Assembly (NCBI GenBank): GCA_049510975.1
Contig: JBEKYM010000001.1
Span: 82,705 to 146,704 of the forward strand
DNA from: Acidimicrobiales bacterium
GTDB taxonomy: Bacteria; Actinomycetota; Acidimicrobiia; Acidimicrobiales; Bog-793
Length of the DNA stretch: 64,000 nucleotides
Direction of reading: 5' to 3'
Part shown: piece after piece, positions 18,435 to 27,753 of the stretch
How positions within the stretch are numbered: the first letter of the stretch is position 1
How the letters are laid out: each line of letters begins with the position of its first letter
Translations under genes and position numbers: made by a program
The notes under the pieces: model-generated
Databases searched by the model: none
Told to the model about the DNA's origin: nothing
Seen by the model: only the letters and a program-made list of their open reading frames with translations

Positions 18435-19346
18435 TTAGTCGGGCCGGGGACGCAGTCTGGATCGCGGGCTCAGCACGTGCTCGAGCCAGGCCAGAACGAG
18501 CCGCGCCCCGAGCCCGACGGCGACGAGCGGCAGGAGCGCCCGCTCAGGACCGGTCGCCGTCTGCCGAGCGAAACGCCACATCGACCGGTGATGCGCCACG
18601 AGCATCCCGTACGGGTGGCGGGACGTCGAGCGACCCTGCTCGTGCACGACGGCGGCCGACGGCTCGTAGCGGACTCCCCAGCCGGCCCGCCGCAGCCTCC
18701 AGCACAGATCCACATCCTCGACGTACATGAAGTAGCGCTCGTCGAAACCGCCCACGTCGTCGAAGGCTTGTCGCCGGACCAGGAAGAACGCCCCGGAGAC
18801 CCAGTCGGCGTCACGGGAGCGATGCTGCTCCTGGCCGATGCGCCGGTAGCGGCGCGTCCACGGGTTGCCGCCCCAGAACAGGCCGATGAAGCCGTGACCG
18901 ATTGCCTCGCCGATGCTCGGGAACTCCCGGCCGGACGGGTAGACGACTCCAGACGGCTCGCGCAGCATCGGACCGACGAGCCCGACCCGGGGCGAGTCGT
19001 CGAGGACGGCTACGAGCTGGCGGACGGCCCCCGGGCTGACCACGAGGTCGGGGTTGGCGACGAGCAAGTAGTCGGAGCCCTCCGGCGGGATCGACCGAGC
19101 GGCCAGGTTGACGGCGCCGCCGTAGCCGAGGTTGCGTGGCGAGAGGAGCCGGGTCGCCTCCGGCACCCGCGTCGCCAGCTCGGCCATCGAGCCGTCGGCG
19201 GAATCGTTGTCGACGACGACGACGTTGCTCACGCCCTCGGCGAGCAGACTCTCCACGCAGGCGCTCAATGCCGAGCCGGCGTTGTAGTTGACGACGACCG
19301 CTGTCACCCGAGCCGCCGGGTCGTGCCGCGGCTCGGCCTCAGCCAC
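18435..19346 (-). CDS. Family 2 glycosyltransferase, WbbL-like rhamnosyltransferase
   Basis: VVVNYN...VVVVDNDSADGS and the DVDLCWR motif. The start was reset to GTG 19346 (VAEAEPRHD), overlapping the rmlD stop. About 303 aa, and adjacent to rmlD/rfbB. Confidence 0.8.
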   Translation of the reverse strand: MAEAEPRHDPAARVTAVVVNYNAGSALSACVESLLAEGVSNVVVVDNDSADGSMAELATRVPEATRLLSPRNLGYGGAVNLAARSIPPEGSDYLLVANPDLVVSPGAVRQLVAVLDDSPRVGLVGPMLREPSGVVYPSGREFPSIGEAIGHGFIGLFWGGNPWTRRYRRIGQEQHRSRDADWVSGAFFLVRRQAFDDVGGFDERYFMYVEDVDLCWRLRRAGWGVRYEPSAAVVHEQGRSTSRHPYGMLVAHHRSMWRFARQTATGPERALLPLVAVGLGARLVLAWLEHVLSPRSRLRPRPD

Positions 19347-20265
19347 CGAGTAGTTCCCCCACCAGCCGGGCGAGGGCGTCTTCCCAGGCGGGCAACAGCG
19401 CGGCGCCGTCGAGCCGGAGAACTGCGTTGTCGAGCACGGAACACGCAGGGCGGGGCGCGGCTCGGGGCGGGTCCAGCTCGGCGGTTGCGATGGGCTGCAC
19501 GCGACCGGGGTCCTCGCCGGCGAGGCGAAGCACTTCGCAGGCGAAGCCGTACCAGGTCGTGCTGCCCTGGTTCGTGACGTGGAAGATTCCCCGACGACGG
19601 GCAACGGCGAGGTCGACCACCTTGACGGCGAGGTCGCTGGCGAGCGTCGGAGAGCCGTGCTGGTCATTCACGAACTTGAGCTGCGGGTGAGCGGCGGCGA
19701 GGCGGAGCACCGTCTTGGCCATGTTGGAACCGTTCCGGCCGTACACCCAGGCCGTCCTCACGATCGCCGAACCCGGATCGAGCTCCCGCTCGCCGGCCAG
19801 CTTCGATCGGCCGTAGACCGACGTCGGGTTGGGAACGTCCCACTCGTGATAGGGACGGTCGGCGGCACCGTCGAACACGTAGTCGGTGGACAGGTAGCAG
19901 ACGTGGGCGCCGACGAGTCGGGCAGCTTCAGCGATGTGGCGAGTGCCGAGGGCGTTGACGGCGAAAGCCCGCTCGGGGTCGCCCTCGCAGTCGTCCACGG
20001 CTGTCCAGGCAGCCGGATGGATGATGACGTGTGGCTCGGCGCTCACGACGGCCGCCAGCACCGAGTCACGGGAGACGACGTCGAGCTCGCGGCGGGACAG
20101 GCCGGCGACGTGCCAGGTGGACCCGTGGTGCCGCTCGCCGGCCCGGCGTTCGAGCTCGGTCACGATCTCGGACCCGACTTGGCCGGCGGCGCCGGTCACA
20201 AGGATGCGCAACGTCGACTCAGGCGCCGTTCGTGCCGGGGGCTTTGTCGCCCTCGGACTCGTCAT
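19339..20265 (-). CDS. rfbD: dTDP-4-dehydrorhamnose reductase
   Basis: ILVTGAAGQVGSE Rossmann motif and the YGRSK catalytic motif. The start is ambiguous: ATG 20265 overlaps the rfbB end, while TTG 20211 would give the canonical (M)RILVTGAAG N-terminus. Confidence 0.85.
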   Translation of the reverse strand: MTSPRATKPPARTAPESTLRILVTGAAGQVGSEIVTELERRAGERHHGSTWHVAGLSRRELDVVSRDSVLAAVVSAEPHVIIHPAAWTAVDDCEGDPERAFAVNALGTRHIAEAARLVGAHVCYLSTDYVFDGAADRPYHEWDVPNPTSVYGRSKLAGERELDPGSAIVRTAWVYGRNGSNMAKTVLRLAAAHPQLKFVNDQHGSPTLASDLAVKVVDLAVARRRGIFHVTNQGSTTWYGFACEVLRLAGEDPGRVQPIATAELDPPRAAPRPACSVLDNAVLRLDGAALLPAWEDALARLVGELLGG

Positions 20266-21277
20266 CGGAACCCCTCGACCAGGCATCTTCGACGACCGGC
20301 GAGCGCCCGATGAGCGGCTTCCACCAGGACTCGTTGTCGCGATACCAGGCGATCGTGGAGGCGATCCCGTCGTCGAAGGCGATCTCCGGCTCCCAGCCGA
20401 GCTCGGTGCGGATCTTCGTCGAGTCGAGCAGGTAGCGGCGGTCGTGGCCGGGCCGGTCGGGGACGATGGTCTTCAAGCTGGCCGGCTGGCCGGTCGCTCG
20501 GAGGACGATGTCGGCGATCTCCTCGATGCTCGCCTCCCGCCCGGAGCCGACGAGGTACGTCTCGCCGATGCGGCCACGGTCGAGGACGGCCTCGATGGCG
20601 GCGCAGTGGTCGTCGACGTGCAACCACTCTCGGCGGTTCTTGGTGGAGGCGTACAGGGGTAGCGGCTCGCCTCTCAGGGCCCTCGTGGCGAACAGCGGGA
20701 TGACCTTCTCGGGGAACTGGTAAGGCCCGTAGTTGTTGCAGCAGTTCGTGATCGTCGCCCGCAGGCCGAAGGTCTCGACGTAGCAGCGAACGACGTGGTC
20801 GGCGGACGCTTTAGAGGCGTTGTAGGGCGTGCGTGGCCGATACGGCGAGTCCTCCGTGAAGGCCTCACCCGTCTCGAGGTCGAGATCCCCGTAGACCTCG
20901 CACGTGGAGATGTGATGGAACCGGTTCACCTCGCAGAGGCGGGCGGCGTCGCACAGTGCTTGGGTGCCGAGCACGTTCGTACGGAAGAAGAGCGCCGGGT
21001 CGAGGACGGCGAGGCTGTTGTGCGACTCGGCGGCGAAGTTGACGATCGTGTCGATCTCGTACTTCTCGAGCGTCCGGCTCACGAGGGGCTGGTCGCCGAT
21101 ATCGGCGTGTACGAACGACACCTGCCCGCCGGCCTCGAGGTCCGAGAGGTTGTCCCGGTTGCCGGCGTAGGTGAGGGCATCGAGCACGACGAGCTGGTCG
21201 TCGGGCCGGCGCAGGGACCAGTAGCGGGCAAAGTTCGAGCCGATGAAGCCGGCACCGCCCGTGATCAGGAGTCGCAT
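20219..21277 (-). CDS. rfbB: dTDP-glucose 4,6-dehydratase
   Basis: MRLLITGGAGFIGSNFARYW and YNASKASADH motifs. The start was set at ATG 21277. The upstream extension in the track runs through the 61-bp repeats and is an artefact. Confidence 0.9.
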   Translation of the reverse strand: MRLLITGGAGFIGSNFARYWSLRRPDDQLVVLDALTYAGNRDNLSDLEAGGQVSFVHADIGDQPLVSRTLEKYEIDTIVNFAAESHNSLAVLDPALFFRTNVLGTQALCDAARLCEVNRFHHISTCEVYGDLDLETGEAFTEDSPYRPRTPYNASKASADHVVRCYVETFGLRATITNCCNNYGPYQFPEKVIPLFATRALRGEPLPLYASTKNRREWLHVDDHCAAIEAVLDRGRIGETYLVGSGREASIEEIADIVLRATGQPASLKTIVPDRPGHDRRYLLDSTKIRTELGWEPEIAFDDGIASTIAWYRDNESWWKPLIGRSPVVEDAWSRGSDDESEGDKAPGTNGA

Positions 21278-21357
21278 GGCCGAGAGGCTACGCCGAAGCA
21301 CGGTCGTGTTCGGCCCGGCTGCCGACGACTGCTTGCGGGGCGGTGATGCGAGGCGGC

Positions 21358-21540
21358 GTGAGCCGCCAATTCGTCGCCTGGTGTCGGTTTGGCGGCGCGA
21401 GGCGGGCCGGCGCACGAGGTGAGCCGCCAATTCGTCGCCTGGTGTCGGTTTGGCGGCGCGAGGCGGGCCGGCGCACGAGGTGAGCCGCCAATTCGTCGTC
21501 TGGTGTCGGTTTGGCGGCGCGAGGCGGGCCGGCGCCAGGC
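21358..21540. repeat. Perfectly phased tandem repeat, 3 x 61 bp, non-coding, each unit with a hairpin
   Basis: The unit GTGAGCCGCCAATTCGTCGCCTGGTGTCGGTTTGGCGGCGCGAGGCGGGCCGGCGCACGAG starts at 21358, 21419 and 21480. Copies 1 and 2 are identical and copy 3 has a few substitutions. The inverted repeat is GCCGCCAA-N19-TTGGCGGC. The 61-bp period is not a multiple of 3. It lies between the birA stop and the rfbB start. Confidence 0.9.
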
Positions 21541-21558
21541 CGGCCACGCCGGCCGGCG

Positions 21559-22428
21559 TCAGCGAAGGTGGACGACGTCGCCGGCGGCGACGGTCCGGAT
21601 GCAGGCTCCGACGTTCACGAGCAAGTGGCCCTCGTCGTCGACGTCGAGGGCGTCGCCGGTGACGGTCTCGCCGGCGAGATCCACCCGCACGGCCTGGCCG
21701 ATGGTTGCGAGGTTGCGCCGATACTCCGTGGCCAGCGAAGCGGCGGCGCCCGGCGAGCCCTGCAGGACGCCGTACCGCTGCCCGATCCGGTCGAGCATGC
21801 GGTCGGCGACGGCGTCGCGGTCGACCGGCAGGCCGGCGAGGCGGTCGAGCGACGTGGCGCGAAGGGCGACGTCGGCCGCGTCCGGGTCGTCCGGCGGCGG
21901 CCAGCCTGCGGGCCAGTTGCAGTTGACACCGATCCCGACGACAAGGGCGGGACCGCCGGCGTCACCCGGAGCCGACGCCACCTCTGCCAGCAGGCCGGCG
22001 ACCTTACGGTCCCCGGCCTGCAGGTCGTTCGGCCATTTGAGTCTGAGCTCGACGCCGGCCACATCGGCGCAGGCGTCCCGGGCGGCAAGTGCCACGACCC
22101 ACGACAACAAGTGCCAGCGGTCGAGCGCCAACTGGGGCCGAAACAACACCGAGCACAAGACCGAGCCCCCCGGCGCATCCAGCCATCGCCGGCCGAGCCG
22201 GCCCCTTCCCGCCGTCTGTGCCTCGGCGAGCACGGCAGTGCCTTCCGGCGCACCCGATCTCGCCAAGTCCACGAGATAGCGGTTCGTCGAATCCACGACG
22301 GCCAGGCGCAACGGCGATCGCCACCCGCCGTCGCACCCTTGCCTCGTGGACTCCTCGGCGCGGCGGGTAGCCTGCTCCGCTGAGTGCTGCTGGACGGGAA
22401 GATCGCCCGAATCCGGGTCTTCGTGCAT
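21559..22428 (-). CDS. birA: Biotin--[acetyl-CoA-carboxylase] ligase
   Basis: GRGRLGRRW biotin-binding motif and a C-terminal SH3-like tail. The start was set at ATG 22428 (MHEDPD). The gene is divergent from the carboxylase gene. Confidence 0.8.
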   Translation of the reverse strand: MHEDPDSGDLPVQQHSAEQATRRAEESTRQGCDGGWRSPLRLAVVDSTNRYLVDLARSGAPEGTAVLAEAQTAGRGRLGRRWLDAPGGSVLCSVLFRPQLALDRWHLLSWVVALAARDACADVAGVELRLKWPNDLQAGDRKVAGLLAEVASAPGDAGGPALVVGIGVNCNWPAGWPPPDDPDAADVALRATSLDRLAGLPVDRDAVADRMLDRIGQRYGVLQGSPGAAASLATEYRRNLATIGQAVRVDLAGETVTGDALDVDDEGHLLVNVGACIRTVAAGDVVHLR

Positions 22429-22462
22429 CAGGGGCGAGGTTAGGCGTCGAGGAAGGGGAGCT

Positions 22463-24277
22463 GTGTTCGAGAAGGTGTTGATCGCCAACCGGGGCGAGAT
22501 CGCCGTGCGGGTCATTCGAACCTGCCGCGAGCTCGGCATCGCCACGGTCGCTGTCTACTCGGAGCTCGATCGGGACGCCCTGCACGTCCGCCTGGCCGAC
22601 GAGGCCTACGCCCTCGGTGGGCAGACGGCAGCCGAGAGCTACCTCAACACCGATGCCATCCTCTCGGTCATCGAGCGGAGCGGAGCTGACGCCGTGCACC
22701 CCGGGTACGGTTTCTTCTCCGAAAATGCTGCGTTCGCACGCGCCATCGCCGGCGCCGGCGTCACTTTCGTCGGCCCGCCTCCGGAGGCCATCGAGGTGAT
22801 GGGCGACAAGATCTCGTCGCGCATCGCCGCCGAGCAAGCCGGCGTCGAGGGCGTGCCCGGTCGCAGCGAGCCCCTGACCGACCCGTCCGAGGTGATCTCC
22901 TTCGGCGAGGAGCACGGATGGCCCGTGGCCATCAAAGCTGCCTTCGGTGGCGGTGGTCGCGGCATGAAGGTGGTCGCCGGTCCTGAAGAAGCGGCCGAGG
23001 CGATGGAGTCGGCCCAACGCGAAGCGTCCGCCTACTTCGGGCGCCCCGAGGTCTACCCGGAGCGGTACCTGACCTGGCCGCGCCACATCGAGATGCAGGT
23101 CTTCGCCGACCGGCAGGGCGACGCCATCTGGCTCGGAGAGCGGGACTGCTCCTACCAGCGTCGGCACCAGAAGCTCATCGAGGAGTCACCCGCCCCCAAC
23201 TTCCCCGACGAGGTCCGCCAAGCGATGGGCGCAGCGTCGGTGCGCATCTGTAAGGCGTGCGGGTACGAGGGCGCCGGCACGGTCGAGTTCCTCTACGAGG
23301 ACGGCTCCTTCTACTTCCTCGAGATGAACACCCGTCTCCAGGTCGAGCACCCGGTCACCGAGCTCGTCACCGGCATCGATCTCGTGGCGCTGCAGCTCCA
23401 GGTCGCCGCCGGCGAGCCGCTCGGCATCACGCAGGACGAGATCGCCGAACGTTGGCGGGGGCATGCGATCGAGTGCCGGATCAACGCCGAGGACCCGGCC
23501 GGCGGGCGGTTCCTCCCGAGCCCGGGTCGCATCTCGCGGTTCCGTCCGCCTGGGGGCTTCGGAGTCCGCACCGACAGCGGCTACGACGCCGGCGACACCG
23601 TCAGCCAGTTCTACGACAACCTCGTCGCCAAGATCATCGTGTGGGGCGCCGACCGCGACACCGCTCGCCGGCGCATGCAGCGGGCCCTGTCCGAGACCGT
23701 CGTGGAAGGGATCCACACGACCATCCCGGCCCACCAGCTGATCCTGTCGCACGCTGACTTCGTGGCCGCCACGCACTCGACGCGGTGGGTCGAAGAACGC
23801 CTCGACTTCTCCGCACCGGCCGGAAGCGACGCCAACACGCCGGCAGCCCCAGCGCCGGCCGAGGCGCCAGCTGCCGACCCGCCCGAACACCGGGTCCTGC
23901 GAGAAGTCGACGCCGAGGTGGACGGCCGTCGCTACCGCGTCAAGCTGTGGGTGCCCGAGGACGTTCACGCCGGCGGTGCATCAACCGGCGGAGGGGCCAG
24001 CGGCGGCGCTGCATCGAGGGCGGCGGGCAGACCTCGCTCGTCGGGTGCTCCGGTCACCGCCGGCGACGGCAGGGTGACGGTTCCGATGCAGGGAACCATC
24101 GTGAAGGTCCTCGTGAGCCAAGGAGACAGCGTGGAAGCCGGCCAGACGATTTGCGTGCTCGAGGCGATGAAGATGGAGAACCCGATCAACACCGATCGAG
24201 CAGGCACGGTGCAGGAGCTGAAGGTCGCCGTCGGCGACGCCCTCGGCGCCGGAGACGTCGTGGCGGTGATCGCATGA
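22463..24277 (+). CDS. Acetyl/propionyl-CoA carboxylase alpha subunit (biotin carboxylase plus BCCP domain)
   Basis: [17 protein letters not shown]-terminus, an ATP-grasp core, and the C-terminal biotinyl motif EAMKMEN. The GTG start at 22463 is preceded by GGAAGGGGAG. About 604 aa, AccA3-like. Confidence 0.92.
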   Translation: MFEKVLIANRGEIAVRVIRTCRELGIATVAVYSELDRDALHVRLADEAYALGGQTAAESYLNTDAILSVIERSGADAVHPGYGFFSENAAFARAIAGAGVTFVGPPPEAIEVMGDKISSRIAAEQAGVEGVPGRSEPLTDPSEVISFGEEHGWPVAIKAAFGGGGRGMKVVAGPEEAAEAMESAQREASAYFGRPEVYPERYLTWPRHIEMQVFADRQGDAIWLGERDCSYQRRHQKLIEESPAPNFPDEVRQAMGAASVRICKACGYEGAGTVEFLYEDGSFYFLEMNTRLQVEHPVTELVTGIDLVALQLQVAAGEPLGITQDEIAERWRGHAIECRINAEDPAGGRFLPSPGRISRFRPPGGFGVRTDSGYDAGDTVSQFYDNLVAKIIVWGADRDTARRRMQRALSETVVEGIHTTIPAHQLILSHADFVAATHSTRWVEERLDFSAPAGSDANTPAAPAPAEAPAADPPEHRVLREVDAEVDGRRYRVKLWVPEDVHAGGASTGGGASGGAASRAAGRPRSSGAPVTAGDGRVTVPMQGTIVKVLVSQGDSVEAGQTICVLEAMKMENPINTDRAGTVQELKVAVGDALGAGDVVAVIA

Positions 24278-25455
24278 CCTCCACGGGCAACCCCCTGAAG
24301 GACCGGGCGGCCGCCACCGTCGCCGGCGACCGGGACACACTGGTCGGTCTGTCGCACCGGATCCATGCGAAGCCGGAGTTGGGTTTCGAGGAGGAGAGTG
24401 CCGCCGCCTGGTGTGCCGAGCAGCTCGACGGCGCCGGTCTCGCCGTCGAGATGGGCATCTGCGACCTCCCGACCGCCTTCGCAGCGACCGCCGGCTCCGG
24501 GCCGTTCGTGCTCGCCATCTGCGCCGAGTACGACGCCCTCCCCGGGATCGGCCACGCTTGCGGCCACAACGTCATCGCCTCAGCAGCCATCGGAGCCGGG
24601 CGTGCGCTCGCTCCGCTCGCCGACGATCTCGGCATCACGATCAAAGTGCTCGGGACACCCGCCGAAGAAGGCGGTGGGGGGAAGGTGCTCATGATGGAGC
24701 GAGGGGGTTTCGACGGGGTGAACGCCGCCATGATGGTGCACCCGGCGCCCGGCGAGCTCGACCGCATGCCGTGCCTCGCCGTCGAGCACTTCGACGTCGT
24801 GTACCGCGGCAAGGAGGCTCATGCGTCGGCCTTTCCCGAGCGCGGCATCAACGCCGCCGACGCCCTCACGGTCGCCCAGGTCGCCATCGGACTTCTGCGT
24901 CAGCACGCCGATTTCGGTGACCAGGTGCATGGGATCGTGACGCTCGGTGGGGCAGCCCCCAACATCGTGCCGGCGCACACGGAGGCGAAGTACTACGTTC
25001 GGGCGCGCACGTTGAAGGCTTTGGAGTCGTGGTCGCCGAGGGTGAGGCGGTGTTTCGAAGCGGGGGCCGTCGCCACGGGCTCGTCGCTCGAGATCGTGCC
25101 GCAGGGACCCACCTACTCCGAGTTCCACACCGACGAGATCATGGCTCAGCTCTACCGCGTCAACGCCGAGGTGCTCGGGCGCGTCTTCCCGCCGCCGGGC
25201 GACCGCACGATGAGCGGCTCGACGGACATGGCGAACGTGTCCCTGTCCATCCCGTCGATCCACCCGATGCTCGGGCTCGACTCGTTTCCCGCCGTCAACC
25301 ACCAGCCCGAGTTCACCGCCGCCGCCGGCTCCCCGAAAGCCGATCAGGCTGTCGTCGACGGGGCCACCGCCATGGCTTGGACCGTGATCGACCTTGCCTC
25401 CGACGCCGGCGAGCGGGAGCGGTTGACCGGAAAGGCGTACCGGCACGACGGCTGA
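24274..25455 (+). CDS. M20 family metallo-hydrolase (amidohydrolase/aminoacylase type)
   Basis: HACGHN metal-binding motif and M20D-like layout. ATG 24274 forms an ATGA overlap with the carboxylase stop. Confidence 0.75.
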   Translation: MTSTGNPLKDRAAATVAGDRDTLVGLSHRIHAKPELGFEEESAAAWCAEQLDGAGLAVEMGICDLPTAFAATAGSGPFVLAICAEYDALPGIGHACGHNVIASAAIGAGRALAPLADDLGITIKVLGTPAEEGGGGKVLMMERGGFDGVNAAMMVHPAPGELDRMPCLAVEHFDVVYRGKEAHASAFPERGINAADALTVAQVAIGLLRQHADFGDQVHGIVTLGGAAPNIVPAHTEAKYYVRARTLKALESWSPRVRRCFEAGAVATGSSLEIVPQGPTYSEFHTDEIMAQLYRVNAEVLGRVFPPPGDRTMSGSTDMANVSLSIPSIHPMLGLDSFPAVNHQPEFTAAAGSPKADQAVVDGATAMAWTVIDLASDAGERERLTGKAYRHDG

Positions 25456-25463
25456 TGGACGGC

Positions 25464-25943
25464 TCAAGCAGGGTCTGCGGAGCCCCACTCGGCCACGGAG
25501 CGGACCACGCCGGCGAGGTCCGGCGGGTAGACGGATTCGGCCGTCGCCTCGAGCTCGTCGAGACTCCACCAGCGGTATCGGGTGATGGAGCGACGCTCGA
25601 TGTCGGTCCACCCGCCGCGGTCGAGCCGGGTGATCGGGCCGGCCACCGGTACCGATACCGCGAAGAAACGCTGCCGCTGCCGATACGTCACCCCTTCGAA
25701 AGCGAACTCGACTTCGTCTTCGTGCACGACGTCGCCGAGGACTCGTAGCTCGTAGCCTGCCTCCTCGCGCAGCTCTCGGGCGGCCGCCTCCTCGAAGGTC
25801 TCACCGGCATCGAGGCCACCGCCGGGCGTGAACCAGAACCGCACCTCGGGCATCGTGGGATCGACGCCCTCGAAGAGCAGCAACAAGCCGTCGCGGTCCC
25901 TCACGATCACGCGGGCGCCCTGGCGGGGCTGAACGGCCGTCAT
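25464..25943 (-). CDS. NUDIX hydrolase
   Basis: Nudix box GGGLDAGETFEEAAARELREEAGY. The start was trimmed to ATG 25943 (MTAVQPRQG) to avoid overlap with the mutase gene. Confidence 0.75.
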   Translation of the reverse strand: MTAVQPRQGARVIVRDRDGLLLLFEGVDPTMPEVRFWFTPGGGLDAGETFEEAAARELREEAGYELRVLGDVVHEDEVEFAFEGVTYRQRQRFFAVSVPVAGPITRLDRGGWTDIERRSITRYRWWSLDELEATAESVYPPDLAGVVRSVAEWGSADPA

Positions 25944-25995
25944 CGGCGGGATGCTGGGGATGCTCGCGGTGGTCGGGGTGCTCGGGTGCGCGCCG

Positions 25996-27597
25996 TCAGC
26001 GGGCGGGCTGATACTCGCCGAAGGCATCGCGCAGCACGTCGGAGACTTCGCCGAGCGTCGCCTCCGCCTTCAGTGCCGCTCGCATGGGGACGAGGAGGTT
26101 CTGGGTCCCGCGGGCAGCGGCGGCCACGTCCGCCAGCAGGGCGTCGACGGCCGCCTGGTCGCGGCGGGCTCGCACGGCACGAACGCCGTCGATCTGGGTC
26201 TGCTGGAGGGCCGGGTCGATGGGGAAGACGTCCGGTTCCACCGCCGCCGCCTCGGCGAAGCGGTTCACGCCGACGACCACCTTCTCGCCCGAGTCGACAC
26301 CTTTGGCGAACTCGTAGGCGGCCTGCTCGATCTCGTCTTGGAGGTACCCGGCTTCGATGGCGGCCACCGCCCCGCCCATCTCGTCGATGCGCTCGATGTA
26401 CTCGACGGCGAGGCGCTCGACTTCGTCGGTCAGCCACTCGACGTAGTACGAGCCAGCCAGCGGATCGACCGTCTCGGTCACTCCGGACTCGTAGCCGATG
26501 ACCTGCTGAGTGCGCAGCGCCAGCTTGGCCGCCCGTTCGGTCGGGAGCCCGAGCGCCTCGTCGAAGCCGTTGGTGTGGAGCGACTGCGTGCCGCCAAGGA
26601 CGGCGCCCAGGGCCTGAACGGCCACCCGCACCATGTTGACCTCGGGCTGCTGGGCCGTGAGGGTGGAGCCCCCGGTCTGTGTGTGGAAACGGAGCCTCAG
26701 CGAGCGGTCGCTCTTCGCACCGAACCGGTCGCGCATGATCCGTGCCCAGAGCCTGCGGGCGGCCCGGAACTTGGCAACCTCCTCGAGGAGGTTGTTGTGG
26801 GCGTTGAAGAAGAAGCTCAGGCGGCCGGCGAAGTCGTCGACCGCCAGGCCGGCGGCCACGGCCGCCTCCACGTAGGCGATCCCGTCGGCGAGGGTGAAGG
26901 CCAGCTCCTGGACGGCCGTCGACCCTGCTTCGCGGATGTGGTAGCCCGAGATGGAGATGGTGTTCCAGCCAGGGATGTGCTCGGCGCAGTAGGCAAAGGT
27001 GTCGGTCACGAGTCGCATCGACGGCCGAGGCGGGTAGATGTAGGTGCCGCGGGCGACGTACTCCTTGAGGATGTCGTTTTGGATGGTTCCGCCGATCTGG
27101 TCGGCCGTGACGCCTTGCTCCTCGGCCACGAGCTCGTAGAGCAGCAGCAGGATGGCGGCGGTGGCGTTGATCGTCATCGATGTCGTCACCTGGTCGAGGG
27201 GAATGCCACCGAAGAGCGTGCGCATGTCCTCGAGCGAGTCGATGGCGACGCCGACTTTGCCGACCTCACCCTCGGCACGGGGATGATCGGAGTCGAAGCC
27301 CATCTGCGTCGGAAGGTCGAAGGCGCAGCTCAGGCCGGTCTGGCCGGCGCCGAGGAGGAACTTGAAGCGCTCGTTCGTCGCCTGCGCCGTCCCGAAGCCG
27401 GCGTACTGGCGCATGGTCCAGAGGCGGCCACGGTACATGTCGGCCTGCACGCCCCTCGTGAAGGGGTAGGCGCCCGGCTCGCCGAGCTGGCGGGCCGGGT
27501 CCCAGCCCTCGAGATCGGTGCTGTCGTATCGCCGGCGGATCACGATGCCCGAGTCGGTCTGGCGCTCCGGTTCGTCGTGGCCTTCGTGCACGGGCAT
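25996..27597 (-). CDS. Acyl-CoA (methylmalonyl-CoA type) mutase large subunit, substrate-binding TIM-barrel domain only
   Basis: Strong mutase-family sequence ([41 protein letters not shown]). It ends after the barrel, with no B12-binding domain. The start was set at ATG 27597, because the ORF-track start lies inside the palindromic repeat. Confidence 0.88.
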   Translation of the reverse strand: MPVHEGHDEPERQTDSGIVIRRRYDSTDLEGWDPARQLGEPGAYPFTRGVQADMYRGRLWTMRQYAGFGTAQATNERFKFLLGAGQTGLSCAFDLPTQMGFDSDHPRAEGEVGKVGVAIDSLEDMRTLFGGIPLDQVTTSMTINATAAILLLLYELVAEEQGVTADQIGGTIQNDILKEYVARGTYIYPPRPSMRLVTDTFAYCAEHIPGWNTISISGYHIREAGSTAVQELAFTLADGIAYVEAAVAAGLAVDDFAGRLSFFFNAHNNLLEEVAKFRAARRLWARIMRDRFGAKSDRSLRLRFHTQTGGSTLTAQQPEVNMVRVAVQALGAVLGGTQSLHTNGFDEALGLPTERAAKLALRTQQVIGYESGVTETVDPLAGSYYVEWLTDEVERLAVEYIERIDEMGGAVAAIEAGYLQDEIEQAAYEFAKGVDSGEKVVVGVNRFAEAAAVEPDVFPIDPALQQTQIDGVRAVRARRDQAAVDALLADVAAAARGTQNLLVPMRAALKAEATLGEVSDVLRDAFGEYQPAR

Positions 27598-27687
27598 GGC
27601 TGCAGCGTATGGAGCCGGAGCACTCACTGTCACCCCGGGGGACGGGAGGTTCGGCGGGCGGGGTGGGTTTCGGGGCGGAGTCAGCGC

Positions 27688-27737
27688 ATTCTGGGTGCAC
27701 GGAAGGGACACATGTGTCCCCAATTGTCACCCAGAAT
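27688..27737. repeat. 50-bp palindromic element, copy 1
   Basis: ATTCTGGGTGCACGGAAGGGACACATGTGTCCCCAATTGTCACCCAGAAT. It has 10-bp outer arms (ATTCTGGGTG/CACCCAGAAT), a 7x7 internal loop, and a perfect 16-bp core palindrome GGGACACATGTGTCCC. It lies 17 nt downstream of the DUF559 stop and 90 nt upstream of the mutase start. Confidence 0.9.
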
Positions 27738-27753
27738 GACCCGCCCGAGCGCC

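Noticed and set aside
9088-21277. The glycan operon as a horizontally acquired island.
   Set aside because: By eye there is no change in base composition and there are no flanking tRNA, integrase or IS genes. Gene content and order (rmlD, wbbL, manB-type, fbiA/fbiB-type genes) match conserved actinobacterial synteny.
21358-21540. Possible CRISPR array or small repeated peptide genes (MAARGGPAHEVSRQF... in three ORFs).
   Set aside because: The units abut directly with no spacers, so this is not a CRISPR array. The 61-bp period shifts the frame between units, and the ORFs continue into birA in antisense, so the peptides are repeat artefacts.
27598-27687. Cobalamin riboswitch upstream of the B12-dependent mutase (and likewise upstream of metH, 30862..30923).
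   Set aside because: The leaders are only about 90 and 62 nt, far shorter than a cobalamin riboswitch, and I see no B12-box-like sequence. The only structured element is the 50-bp palindrome.
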